Source: Octopus vulgaris
Taxonomy: Eukaryota
NCBI GenBank assembly: GCA_951406725.2
Contig: OX597814.1
Span: 51,026,001-51,090,000 of the forward strand
Direction: 5' to 3'
DNA length: 64,000 nucleotides
Below the pieces are notes generated by a model. It saw nothing but the letters and a program-made list of their open reading frames with translations. It searched no databases and was not told the origin of the DNA. Below are positions 29,421-41,069 of this stretch, piece by piece; the first letter of the stretch is position 1, and every line of letters starts with the position of its first letter. Both the position numbers and the translations under genes were made by a program.

Positions 29421-30653
29421 TTTATATTTTGCACTCTGGGAAGTTTGTGAATCCAAAATTATGAGATCCTGTTGATAGAAAAATTTAGTTAGCAGAACTT
29501 AAATCTAGTTGTCAAAAATTGTGAAAACAAAATGCTTCAACATAATTTTTTTTCCAGATATTCACTGTTTATAGGGTAATAGTAGAGAGGACGGGTTATA
29601 GAACAGCAGTTAACATGTTTGTTTACAAATGTGCAGTGTGAAGAAATAATTCATTAACAAAACAAAGAAGAACTTTCAGATAAAAATATTAACTCCTTGA
29701 CTATAATTTTAAATTAATTTTGATTGAATTATTCTTTGATAGTTTTAGTTTTGATGAAGTTTTGTCTAACATCTAATAATGAGTATACATGATGAAGGAT
29801 TAATAATATTCCATCATAAATCTGACCATAATGCATTAAATCCTAACCCTGTCAATATCAATACCTATTCAGCTACTTCTCATTTTGCTTTGAGGACTTA
29901 CATCATCATCTTGCACTGAACTCTTCCTAGCACTTTCAATTGTTCTTGTTCTGGTTCTTCTGACACAGAGGTTGAAACCTTTCCATCTTAAACTATCTAG
30001 ATCCTTTATTCTATTTACCTTTCCATATTTGTTACCAATATAGTGGTTCTCTTAAACACCTTCTACACTTTTCTTACCTGCAAACCTAACCATTATTTTG
30101 CTGTTCCAGTCTTTACATCCTTAGAATTGTTCAAACTTTACCTAATCATGTTTTCCTGTACTACATCATGCCTCTGCCTCTCTGAACATTCTAGTACTTT
30201 AAGCAGAATGGTATAAGATGTAGATGTTTTGGTGTGGTTGTTTTTAGCAATGACCTTTTTGACAATGGACAACTTTGAGCTAAAGGCATAAAGAAAGAGA
30301 GAGATGCATTGACATGGAAAATAGTTAAAATATGGTGTTTCCTCCCTTAAGATTTTTGATATATCAAAAGAAACGTAACTTTATTTAGTTTTCCATTTGA
30401 TTGTTTTCATGGTGGATGATGCCCCAAAACAAAATTTTCAAGAGTACAATGTTTCAATGCTGAAATGGTTGATACCAAATGAGTTTAAGCTTAATTAGCA
30501 GCACTGAACCTTAATTGAAGTCAACTAATTGGGCAACAATTCAACAAATACCTACAACAATTCTACACTGAAATACTTGACAGCAATTGTATTCCAACTC
30601 CAATTCATCCAAGATAGCTAAGCAAATGACTGTAACAATATTCTGCAATGTTT

Positions 30654-31112
30654 AAGGTGGCAAGCTGGCAGAAACGTTAGCACGTCGGGCGAAATGGTTA
30701 GCAGTATTTCACCTGTCTTTATGTTCTGAGTTCACATTTCGCTGAAGTCAACTTTGCCTTTCATCCTTTCATCATCATCATCATCATCATTTAGCGTCCG
30801 CTTTCCATGCTAGCATGGGTTGGACGGGTCAACTGGGGTCTGTGAAGCTGGAAGGCTTCGTCAGGCCCAGTCAGATCTGGCAGTGTTTCTACGGCTAGAT
30901 GCCCTTCCTAACGCCAACCACTCCGCGAGTGTAGTGGGTGTTTTTTACGTGCCACCTGCACAGGTGCCAGACAGAGCTGGCGAACGGCCACGAACGGACG
31001 GTGCTTTGGGTCGATAAATTAAGATCGACCCCAGTTGCATACTGGAGTCGATCTAATTGACTGCCCCCCACCTCCCCCAAAATTTCGGGTCTTATGCCTT
31101 GAATAGAAAAGA
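30654..31112 (+). mobile_element. tRNA-derived CORE-like SINE, interrupted
   Basis: aaggtggcaagctggcagaaacgttagc head and gcctttcatcctttc-gggtcgataaattaag core; an uninterrupted relative lies at about 54592-54795. Confidence 0.7.
30770..31007 (-). mobile_element. Young RTE 3'-end copy nested in a SINE
   Basis: Near-identical to 1413-1651; splits the host at cctttc / gggtcgataaatt. Confidence 0.85.
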
Positions 31113-31999
31113 ATATTCTGCAATGTTTATCCACTTCCTCACACAAGTGGTTCGTTCTCAATTGTACTGCTTAAAGATCTGGAGGAATCTCCAGTATTAG
31201 CTGCTAGAAGACATTCTCTAGTCACATCATCCCAACAAGTTAACCAGTGCTCACAGTACCTCCTATCACATTTAAACAGCGTTGGCTCATATCTTCACCA
31301 AAGTTGTGTGGCTGAGAAGCTTGCTTCCCAATCAAGTGGCCTTGGGTTCAGTCCCATTGTGTGGAACCTTGAGCAAGTGGGTTGAATAAAGTCTTGTGAT
31401 TGGACTTGGTAGGTGGCAAATGAAAGAAGTCCATCGTGTGTGTATGTGTGCAAGTTTGTTGTGCTTGTCACCCACCACTGCTTGACAACAGGTGTTGGTT
31501 TGTTTACAGCCCTGTAACTTAGTTCAGCAAAAGAGGGAACAACAGAATATATATCAAGCTGAAAAATAAGTACTGAGGTCAGTTTGTGTGACTAAACCCT
31601 TCAAGTGGTGGCCCAGCATGGCCACAATTCAATGACTAAAACAATAGATAAAGACTCTATCACAATCCATGGAAACAACCCAGCAAAAATTTGATCTATA
31701 TGTGTCCAGTTATATTTACCTCATCATGCTAGGAGCTTACAAACATTTTGAGTATTGGCAATCTTCCTTTTCTTTTTTTTTATCTTTTAAACAGAAGAGA
31801 AGGCAGTACCCATGACTCATTCAAGACTGGTGGGATACAGAAAAAAAATTATTCTCAACCCAAAATGCCAGGTGATGGTTTTAAACAAGACAGAAGTGAT
31901 GGCATAATTTGAACTCAGAACACAAGATGAACAGATTACAAGGCATCCAATCTGATATTCTTATGGTCTTGCTGATCTACTGCTCTGGATTAGTACCTC

Positions 32000-32034
<35 letters not shown>

Positions 32035-35011
32035 GATCCTGAAAGGATGAAAATCAAAATTGTCTTCGAACTCAATATGCAAAGAGGAGAACAAATGCCA
32101 GAAAGTGTTCAATCTGATGTTCTTAGAACTCTACCAGTTCACTGCCTAAATATTAATAATCACTCTGACTTATTAACTTCATTACTAATATTGCAATAAC
32201 TTAAGTATTAAATAAAACTTTTACCACCTTGGGGGTTTTCCCCCTGTTCTCATATCTCACCTGTACACATTCCAAAATCCCAGTTGGACCAAATATATAA
32301 GTTCCCACAAGCAGTATTTTGCCCTTGTGAACTTCATAAACAATGTTGCAACTGTTTGTCTTGTAGGCCCCCTCTGAAAATCTGCATACCTATTACCTTC
32401 ATTCATCTCTTTCACACCTGGATGAAAAGGTTTTTGTTAGACAACTCAATCACAGCTTGTTAACCAGTTCCTCTCTAGCTTACATTTTATTCAATCAGGT
32501 AATGTCACATACATTCTTCCTTTTTTCCTCAACAACCTACTATCTGCTAAATCCAACCAAATACACTTATACAGAGATCACCCTTCATTCATTGATAACA
32601 TATTGCAAACAGGCATCACTCAAATGCAACTTATACACCTTACACCAGACATGTACCACTTCTATGAACAGAGACTTTGGTAACATATCCCTATGAGACT
32701 TGACACATAGTCTACTGGATGTGGCATATATATATATTTACTGATTATTCATTTTAACATACAATAAAATGTTTAAGGTTTTGGTTAATGAAAGTTTACA
32801 GGTTGGTTGTTATATTTATTGACAATATCTTACAAATATTCATAATTCAAAATGGCCACGCTCACTTTCACCATAGCCCTTGATCTTTTCTCAGTTATTA
32901 TTTTGTTACCTCACAATTCTTTATATCAACCATCAATGCTACAATTTGTTCATATTTTGTCTGAGCCACCATATTTAATTAAGGGTAAACAATAAAAAAA
33001 AAAGAGGGTTAGGAAGTATTGTATAATATTTACAGCTATTTTTGTGAATAAGAATGTTTCAATTTATGTTTGAATAATAGCTAAATGTATATGCCGTACC
33101 TGGTACTTAAACAGCACCTATACATTCTCATCACATATACTGAGGTAACACAATCAAAACATTGTCATCTTTATTCATGAATAAATCAAGACTAAAACTT
33201 TCACAAACCATACATATACAAAGGCTTCATGATCTAAGTTATAACATATTTCCAAAACTGCATTGCAAAGATGATATTCCAACTTTAAAGCCAGTGAATA
33301 CTTCAGTGCTGTTTACTCTCAGATCCTCTACAAGGTTTAAGTATACACCCACACCATAAAGTAGAGCTCATGTATCTAGGATAAAGCAGCTGCAATACAC
33401 AAATAAACAAGACTGTATCTAAAGAAAAGCCTGGTTGATTGACAAACCTCCACTCACTAACATTTTACAACTATTTTAGGACCATGGGGGCTCATGTATA
33501 GGAATTGTGGAACTGCAGCACCCCTTATTTCCACTTGATATTATCAATAACATTCAATATGTGTTTTTTCTTTAATTCTTTCTTTATATTTCTACATTAT
33601 ATAATCCTTAAGCTTAATGTAAGTAACCATCATCTAGTTTATGAAAAAAATACAAAAATCCTTGTATAGAACTGTGCACTTCACAGTTCCAGTGATGTGG
33701 TGTTTGGCTGTTGTGCGCATACTCACATGTCTAAGATGGGAAGCTTCACACTAGGGAGAGAGAACACTGCGTGAATGACAGTGCCAGGTGAAAGGTAGTG
33801 TTTCTTTCTGACTCCGTGCGTGTTGTGCTTAAAAACATGTTTATATTCTTGAATGTGATAAAATGTAGAATTAGATTATTATCCTGCTTCCAGTTTCAGT
33901 GTTGCTGCCAGGATTTGAAAAATAGGGCACATTCCCACTGCCCCTTTATTTTGTGATTTAGCAGGTATTTTTGAAAAACAAGGGGAAATTTGCATCACTG
34001 TTCAGTGAACAAATTAAACAAACTACTCGGCAGTGGCTAAAATGCGAAGTGATCAAGTTTATGTATAAATTCTCTTTTTATATGTTTGTTTCCTTTTCCA
34101 CAATATTAAAACAATGGCTAAAAATTTTCTGTGCTGCATGCCTACTAATTTTACAAGATGCCACTTTTAAGGACACATAAACTAGCTTCTCTCTATTACC
34201 TGCATTGTTACTACAATAGTCCTCAATCCTATCCAAATCATCTGTAACTTGACAGTAAAAACTGGGACACTACTCTCTTCCTATTGGAATAAAATGTGAA
34301 ATATTATCCTACTCGTATGGTTATACCCTATATATATGTATCCTATAGGAAATCTATTATGAGTTAATACTTTACAGAAGCAGGTTTAGTTAGGGTATGA
34401 AAACAATTATGGTTGTGAAAACATTTATTTCCCTATCATAGAAATTTCGGTACAATTTTTTAATATCAATGTATTTATTTAACAGCAGTTGTTTACAATA
34501 AAAATGCAAGTTTTCAAGTGATGGTCTACATCTATTACAATAAAACCATGTAACTAGCATATCCTAATTCCATATTTTGGGAAATAACTTGGAAATAATC
34601 TAAACATACATATTATCCGTTCTATTTGCTTTCTCCTATCTTTTGAATTCACCAGCACTTGATGATATTTTTACCAGCATAAAATTCATATATGTCTTGT
34701 TTAAATATATTTATTTAAAACAAAACATATTTCTCTTCACATGTTGAAGGCAACAAGGATGCAGATTAAAATTATCAAAGGAACAGCAAAATCTGTTAAG
34801 ATTGGAAATAATGTGAAGCTTAAGTTCTCACTGAATCAAGATGGTATCAGTGTTTTAATGTATATTAAGCTCAAGTTATCTAACAAGAAAAATAACTTGG
34901 AAACAATACTCTAACATAGAAAATTATTTTCTATTATATGCCAAGATGAAAGTAGGGGAGTCGAGTTTTAGAAGTTAATGAAGATATCCAAGGGAAATAA
35001 CTCTTGGAACC

Positions 35012-35025
35012 GTTGCTACGACAAC
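35012..35025. promoter_or_regulatory. RFX X-box-like imperfect palindrome
   Basis: GTTGCTACGACAAC, 22 bp upstream of the ankyrin ATG; resembles the GTTGCCATGGCAAC-type X-box consensus. Confidence 0.5.
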
Positions 35026-35047
35026 ATCAAAATAAATAAATTAAAAA

Positions 35048-35557
35048 ATGAAGAAAATTAACGTGAAAAAATTCCCTCCATCTGCAAAATTTCTAGCAGA
35101 GGACTCTAGACCCCACATAATCACGGCTGTAAGTAATGGAAATATTGCAGTCGTTCGAAAGTTATTACGAGCAGGAATTGACCCTAATACCCGTGATGAG
35201 AAAAATCAGTCATTAATAAGCCTCGCCAGCCGTGCAGGAAATTTAGCAATGGTAGACGAACTTCTTCAATGGGGTGCCAAAGTCAATGCCTCGACTAGCG
35301 ATGGTTGTACTGCTTTGCATGTTGCAACTGAAGCTAAGCATGAAGATATTGTTAAAAGACTTATCGACGCTGGAGCTTCAATGACAGCAACAACTTTATC
35401 GGGTTTAAAGCCGATTGACTTAGCGAAAAATGAAACTCCAGTTTGGTATGCGCTGAGAAAGGCTGAGGAAGAAGAAAAAGCTAAAGCCGAGTCGGCTGGT
35501 TACGATCAGACAATGACCGTCAGAAAACGAAATTCTTCACTCCGTCGAAGCTCGTAG
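35048..35557 (+). CDS. Small intronless ankyrin-repeat protein (169 aa, about 3 ANK repeats, charged C-tail)
   Basis: AAAATG start. Ankyrin consensus segments AVSNGNIAVVRKLLRAGIDPN, ASRAGNLAMVDELLQWGAKVN, GCTALHVATEAKHEDIVKRLIDAGA, GLKPIDLA. Downstream AATAAA near 35747. Confidence 0.85.
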   Translation: MKKINVKKFPPSAKFLAEDSRPHIITAVSNGNIAVVRKLLRAGIDPNTRDEKNQSLISLASRAGNLAMVDELLQWGAKVNASTSDGCTALHVATEAKHEDIVKRLIDAGASMTATTLSGLKPIDLAKNETPVWYALRKAEEEEKAKAESAGYDQTMTVRKRNSSLRRSS

Positions 35558-36861
35558 AAGAAAAAAAAAAAAAAGGAAAATTTCGACAAAGAACACTTAG
35601 AAACAAAAAAGTGAATTTTCCAATCATTTTTGTCCAATATTTCGAGTAACATCGGACTAATGAGCCACAAAATATCTCGCAGTCCTTTAATTCTGAATTG
35701 GAATTCCACAGAAGTCCACATCGTCTTTCATCATACTGGGGGGATTAATAAAATGAGTATCTGTAACATACTTCATATACTTTTTTGAAAATCATTAATG
35801 ATCGGCAAAAATCGATAATAATGGTACTAATCGTAAATTTGTTTAACTGTTTTATTTCATTTCATTCTCAAATTACTATTCCCTTTCCTCCCTCTCTCTT
35901 CTCTCTTACACAGTTATACATATGGACACATAAACATACAAACACAGAAGCACTTACCTGTGTGTAGGTGCATGGAACATTCATAGAAGCTGACAATGAG
36001 CGCTTTCCTTTTACTCTCACTCGCTTCGAAAGATAAACGTTATTTCGAAAGGAAAAAAAAATGTCTTTTTCTTTAAGTTCTCTCCTGTGACCGTTGATTT
36101 ATTCTTCGTCGGCGATGATAGATGAGTTTATATATGTAGATACTTTACGATATTTTTCAGTTTGTTTGGAGTTGTCTTGTTTTGTTTGTTTTGTTTTTTT
36201 TTTTTTGTTGTTTCTTTTTGGTGATTCATTGATTCATTAAATTTACCGTAATTAACGTTGAACTGGTTTGTGTGTGTTTCACCAATCAACTTGTAAAGTT
36301 TCAGATTTTTTTTCTTTATTTGTGAAAGGGTACGACGAAGGAAGGAGTGAGAATTAAGAAATTTTTGTAAAAAAAAAATTTTTTTTAAATGAATTACAAA
36401 TGTTCCAGAGTGTGGAATAACAATAAAATGATGAAAAACAGCAAATAAATAAATAATAATGATAATTACAAACGGGATCCGTGGAAATTCCATGGTATAA
36501 GTCAGCACATTTGAAAACATTGTTAGTGCATTAAACACAAGCAAGGAGTTTCAAAAAATTCTTTTTGATATCCTGCCATTTAATAAGGTATTGCTTATTT
36601 ACCTCCTTGTAATATGTTTGACAGATATGATGTGCTTTATAGTTTAAGGAAATAAAAGATGAATGAAAAATATAAACCTTATTCATATATATTGATTGAA
36701 TGTTTATTATTTACGATTTTGTTAAATATTTGTTCTTGTGCCTTATTTATTGTCAGGGAGTAGGACATCCTTACAGGTAACTGAACTTGTTCCGAGATCA
36801 AATGAAGGTTTTAATTATTTGGAGTCATCTTCATGGGAGGTATTAAGGAAGCGCATTCCTT

Positions 36862-37253
36862 GGATCTAGCGGTGTCATATGAAATTGTCACCCATAATTA
36901 TGACCCTAGTATTGATCTATTGCATTTCAATCTGTTTTAGGGTTAGGATTAGGGGTGGGGGAAGGGTATTTTTTTTTTCTTCACAAATGTAAATAAACCC
37001 AATCTGTTTCTTAAACGAAGGACGTATTCATACGGCACAGAATGTTTTTTAACTCAATAGACGTCACTGATTGGTTGAAGTTGCAGAAATTGAAGAAAAA
37101 AACAACAAATATATCTTACAAACTATAGAATTTTCTCAATAAAGCCAAGAGAAAAAGATGCTTTATAAACACATTCTACCAGTATACGAAGTTTAAAATT
37201 TTTTAGTTACCTAGAAATTATGTTAAAAACTGCCGTTCAAACCGAAAAGATCC
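36862..37253. mobile_element. MITE with GG termini and 8-bp TSD (Merlin-like); left TIR mostly deleted
   Basis: CATTCCTT duplicated at 36854-36861 and 37254-37261; GGATC...GATCC ends. Confidence 0.8.
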
Positions 37254-37839
37254 CATTCCTTCTCTTGCACCTGCTATTTAAGTGGTTTCAATGCAATTAT
37301 TGTCGTGGCTAACTTATCCTATATGTAGTACATGTTTATTTTATGGAAAATAATCCTTTTTGTTCCTTGTCTTCTCAGCTAATGACATCTATCGTTGACC
37401 ATATCTTATAAACGACGTATTGCGATTGAGCAGACGATAAATAATTGCATTAAAGCGCATGCGTTAAGTGAGGGAATTTTAAATAAAATATAAACAAACT
37501 CCACTGTTCACTGTTCAACTGCCAACAAGGCTCAGTCCTATGTATTTACCGATAGAGAATAATTTCATTTCAACCCATCTATCTATTTGTATATCAATAT
37601 ATCTCAGTACTACTTAAGAAGATTATTTCAATCTGTTTTAGGGTTAGGATTAGGGGTGGGGGAAGGGTATCTTTTTTTCTTCAGAAATGTAAATAAACCC
37701 AATATGTTTCTTAAACGAGGGACATATTCATACGGCACAGAATGTTTTCACCTCAATAGACGTCAGTGATTGGTTGAAATTGCAGAAACTGAAGAAAAAA
37801 AAACAACAAATATCTTACAAACTATAGAATTTTCTCAAT

Positions 37840-38003
37840 AAAGCCAAGAGAAAAAGATGTTTTATAGGCACAGTCATGCCTTTGGTTGTCAGGATGAAAG
37901 TAGAAAAAGTGTGACGTCATTTTGGACGTCACACTTTTTCTACTTTCATCCTGACAACCAAAGGCATGACTGTGCCTATAAAACATCTTTTTCTCTTGGC
38001 TTT
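37840..38003. repeat. Perfect inverted repeat, 79-bp arms, 6-nt loop
   Basis: 37840-37918 is the exact reverse complement of 37925-38003. Confidence 0.95.
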
Positions 38004-38419
38004 CGTAAATACACGAAGTTGACGTCTGACGTCAGATTTTTCTACTTTCACTTCTGACACACACACACACACACACATATATATACATACACATCATCCT
38101 ATCACACACCTACAAACGCAGATATACAAGCATATGCATATCCGTATAAAAGATGTGTGCATGAAAGTTGCACTTATGCAACAGTCAGTCTTATACTCAT
38201 ATACATACACGCCTACACATATATACACACTCACACACATACACATTTAATATATACATACATATACTCACACACGTACACATTCACACAATTAAAAACG
38301 AAAAAATGAAAAAATATATATAAAACAATTAAAAAAATGTTAAAACATATGGAAAGCTTGTGCAGGAAGATAATAAAAATATGGATTCTATCGATGATTT
38401 TGGGGGGGGGGGGGCAAAA

Positions 38420-39365
38420 CTGTAACAGGTATTTTGTCTTATGTGGACATGATCCAAAAAGTTCAGTTATTGAATTTAGACATGTAGCGGGGTCAAAGAA
38501 CTTTTCCAGATGAGCCATCTTTCCATATCACAAAGACTGCACTTGCCACTACCATTGAAATAAGGTTTGCACTTGGCCAAGATCTTTCAGTAAATCCTAT
38601 AGCTGACACCTTGTTCTTTTAAGAACCATATATGACTGAATAATTTGGTAGTTTTTCGTCTGAAGCTTAAGGTGTGATTGTTAAACCTTGCTTCAAATTT
38701 TCCCTCTGTGAGACCTACATATCTCTTTGATGAAACAGTGTTATTAACATTCATAGAATTTACGGTGGCCTCATAAATAATGGCCTCGGTCATAGCAGGC
38801 ACAAGTCTTTATCCCTGCAGGAACAGCTGATTTTGTGTTGTGTGCAATTATGTTTTTAAAATTTGGGGTTCAACTAAAACTAATTTTTAGGTTATGCCTA
38901 GTAAAGAGTTTCCTAAATTTATGATTTATTGGAAAGTGTCTATCTATAAGTGACAAGAAATATTTACCTATATTTAAGGTCACTTTGGGGGACTAAGGGG
39001 GTGTGAACCAGATAATTTTCCTGTGTCTATGTTTTCTTTCCTTTATTTCTAGCCTAATAGCAGGTGTGTAAGCTATTTCCTCTTTAAATCCACTAGCTTT
39101 AAGAGCTTTGTTATACACTAGGGCAGCATTATTAAATATGTTTATATTGGAGGAGAGGCTAGAAATTCTCCTACTTATATTCTTAACTAAATACTTAAAT
39201 ACTATGGGGGGTAGCAGGAACCTACATTAATAGAACTAAGTTTATCACTGGACTTTCTATAGGGTTTGTAAATATTCTTTTGTAAATCCAGAGATACATC
39301 AAGGAAATAGACAACCATCAGGTTGGTATCTATTGTTATGCTAAGATTGAATGTTTTCATGAGGT
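38420..39365 (-). mobile_element. 5'-truncated decayed Penelope-like retroelement (RT thumb plus GIY-YIG endonuclease)
   Basis: FLDVSLDLQKNIYKPYRK...ISRRISSLSSNINIFNNAALVYNKALKASGF, then IIYEATV...YVGLTEGKFEARFNNH...CSLCDMEK...LNSITELFGSCPHKTKYLL, with stops and frameshifts. Confidence 0.85.
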
Positions 39366-39420
39366 CCTAAACTATACATACATACACATGTGACGGTGAT
39401 ATATATATATATATATATAT

Positions 39421-39822
<402 letters not shown>

Positions 39823-41069
39823 AAAACAGCTCTAGTATAGTAAATAATATAATAAATATCATTATACTAGAACTACTTTTATTTCATAAGTAAATTATCT
39901 CTAAGGTATGCAATTTCTGAGCATGCCCGCCCATGATCTTACAAGCCATGAGCATATAAGTCATGTACTGGCTAAGTGACTTACCTTCAACCCTGGCAGG
40001 TACATGATGTTGAGAAGCTGCAAAAATAGCAAAACACCTAGTGTCCATCACTCCCAAATGGGATTGAAGCTAAGTAACCTTGCCTGTCCATGACTCTAAA
40101 GTGTTTTAACACCCACTTTGAGAGTGTATATACTCCACCACACTATTGCAGCCACCAGAAAATACACAAAGCATATAGGTTAAGTATATATGGTTAATAA
40201 TATATATATATGTTAAATTTTTATTAAAAATGAAACTGAGAGTTCATCGTAACTTGAGTTTCACACCACTGCAAACATTAGATTTAGCCTGATAATTGCA
40301 GACATGAAACTCAAATTTAGGTTTGGTTTTTAGTTTTTTTAATGTATCTGTGAGTGAGTATGAGTGTGTGTATGTTTGTGTCTTGACATTGCATGATTGT
40401 TTTAAATAAAAGTTATTCATTTCCATTCTGCAAAAGTATGTTTGACCAGAGAGAAATAATACCTGCCTTGGAAACAGATAAAAGGTTAGTGACAAGAAAG
40501 GTATCATACTATAGATAATCTGTTTCAGTATACTGTCTGGCCCATGCAAGCATGAAAAAGTATATATTAAAATGATGAAGAAGAAGATTGGATTAGCCTC
40601 TTTCTTTCATTATTACTTTTTTGGTGGGAGGAGAGCTTTACATAAATCTGTCCCAAGTGAAATGGCCTCTCTTAATGGTGGGAGGAAATTATCATCAAGC
40701 CTAGAGACCTGTCCAAATGTATTTAGCGAAAGCTCTGCTAAAGACACACAATAGCTAAGTAGTAGTGTTAAAACAGGTGACATATTCATCCAGTTTTCAT
40801 CTACCAAATTCCCCTGAAAAAGATTTGGTCAATCCAAGGATCTGGTAGTAAAAAATCATAAGCAAAGTACTGTGCAGTGGTACTGAACTTGAAACATGGT
40901 TGTGAAGCAAACACTACACACCTGTACTTACAACCATCTTCAGGTACTGTAACTGACATTTATATTTCAAGAGGGTAATGGACTGGCAATGTTGGCAGTG
41001 GTGAACAAAAGGTATCATGAGTAATTTAGTTACACCTATTTTTACATTGCAAGTTCAAATCCTGTCAGG

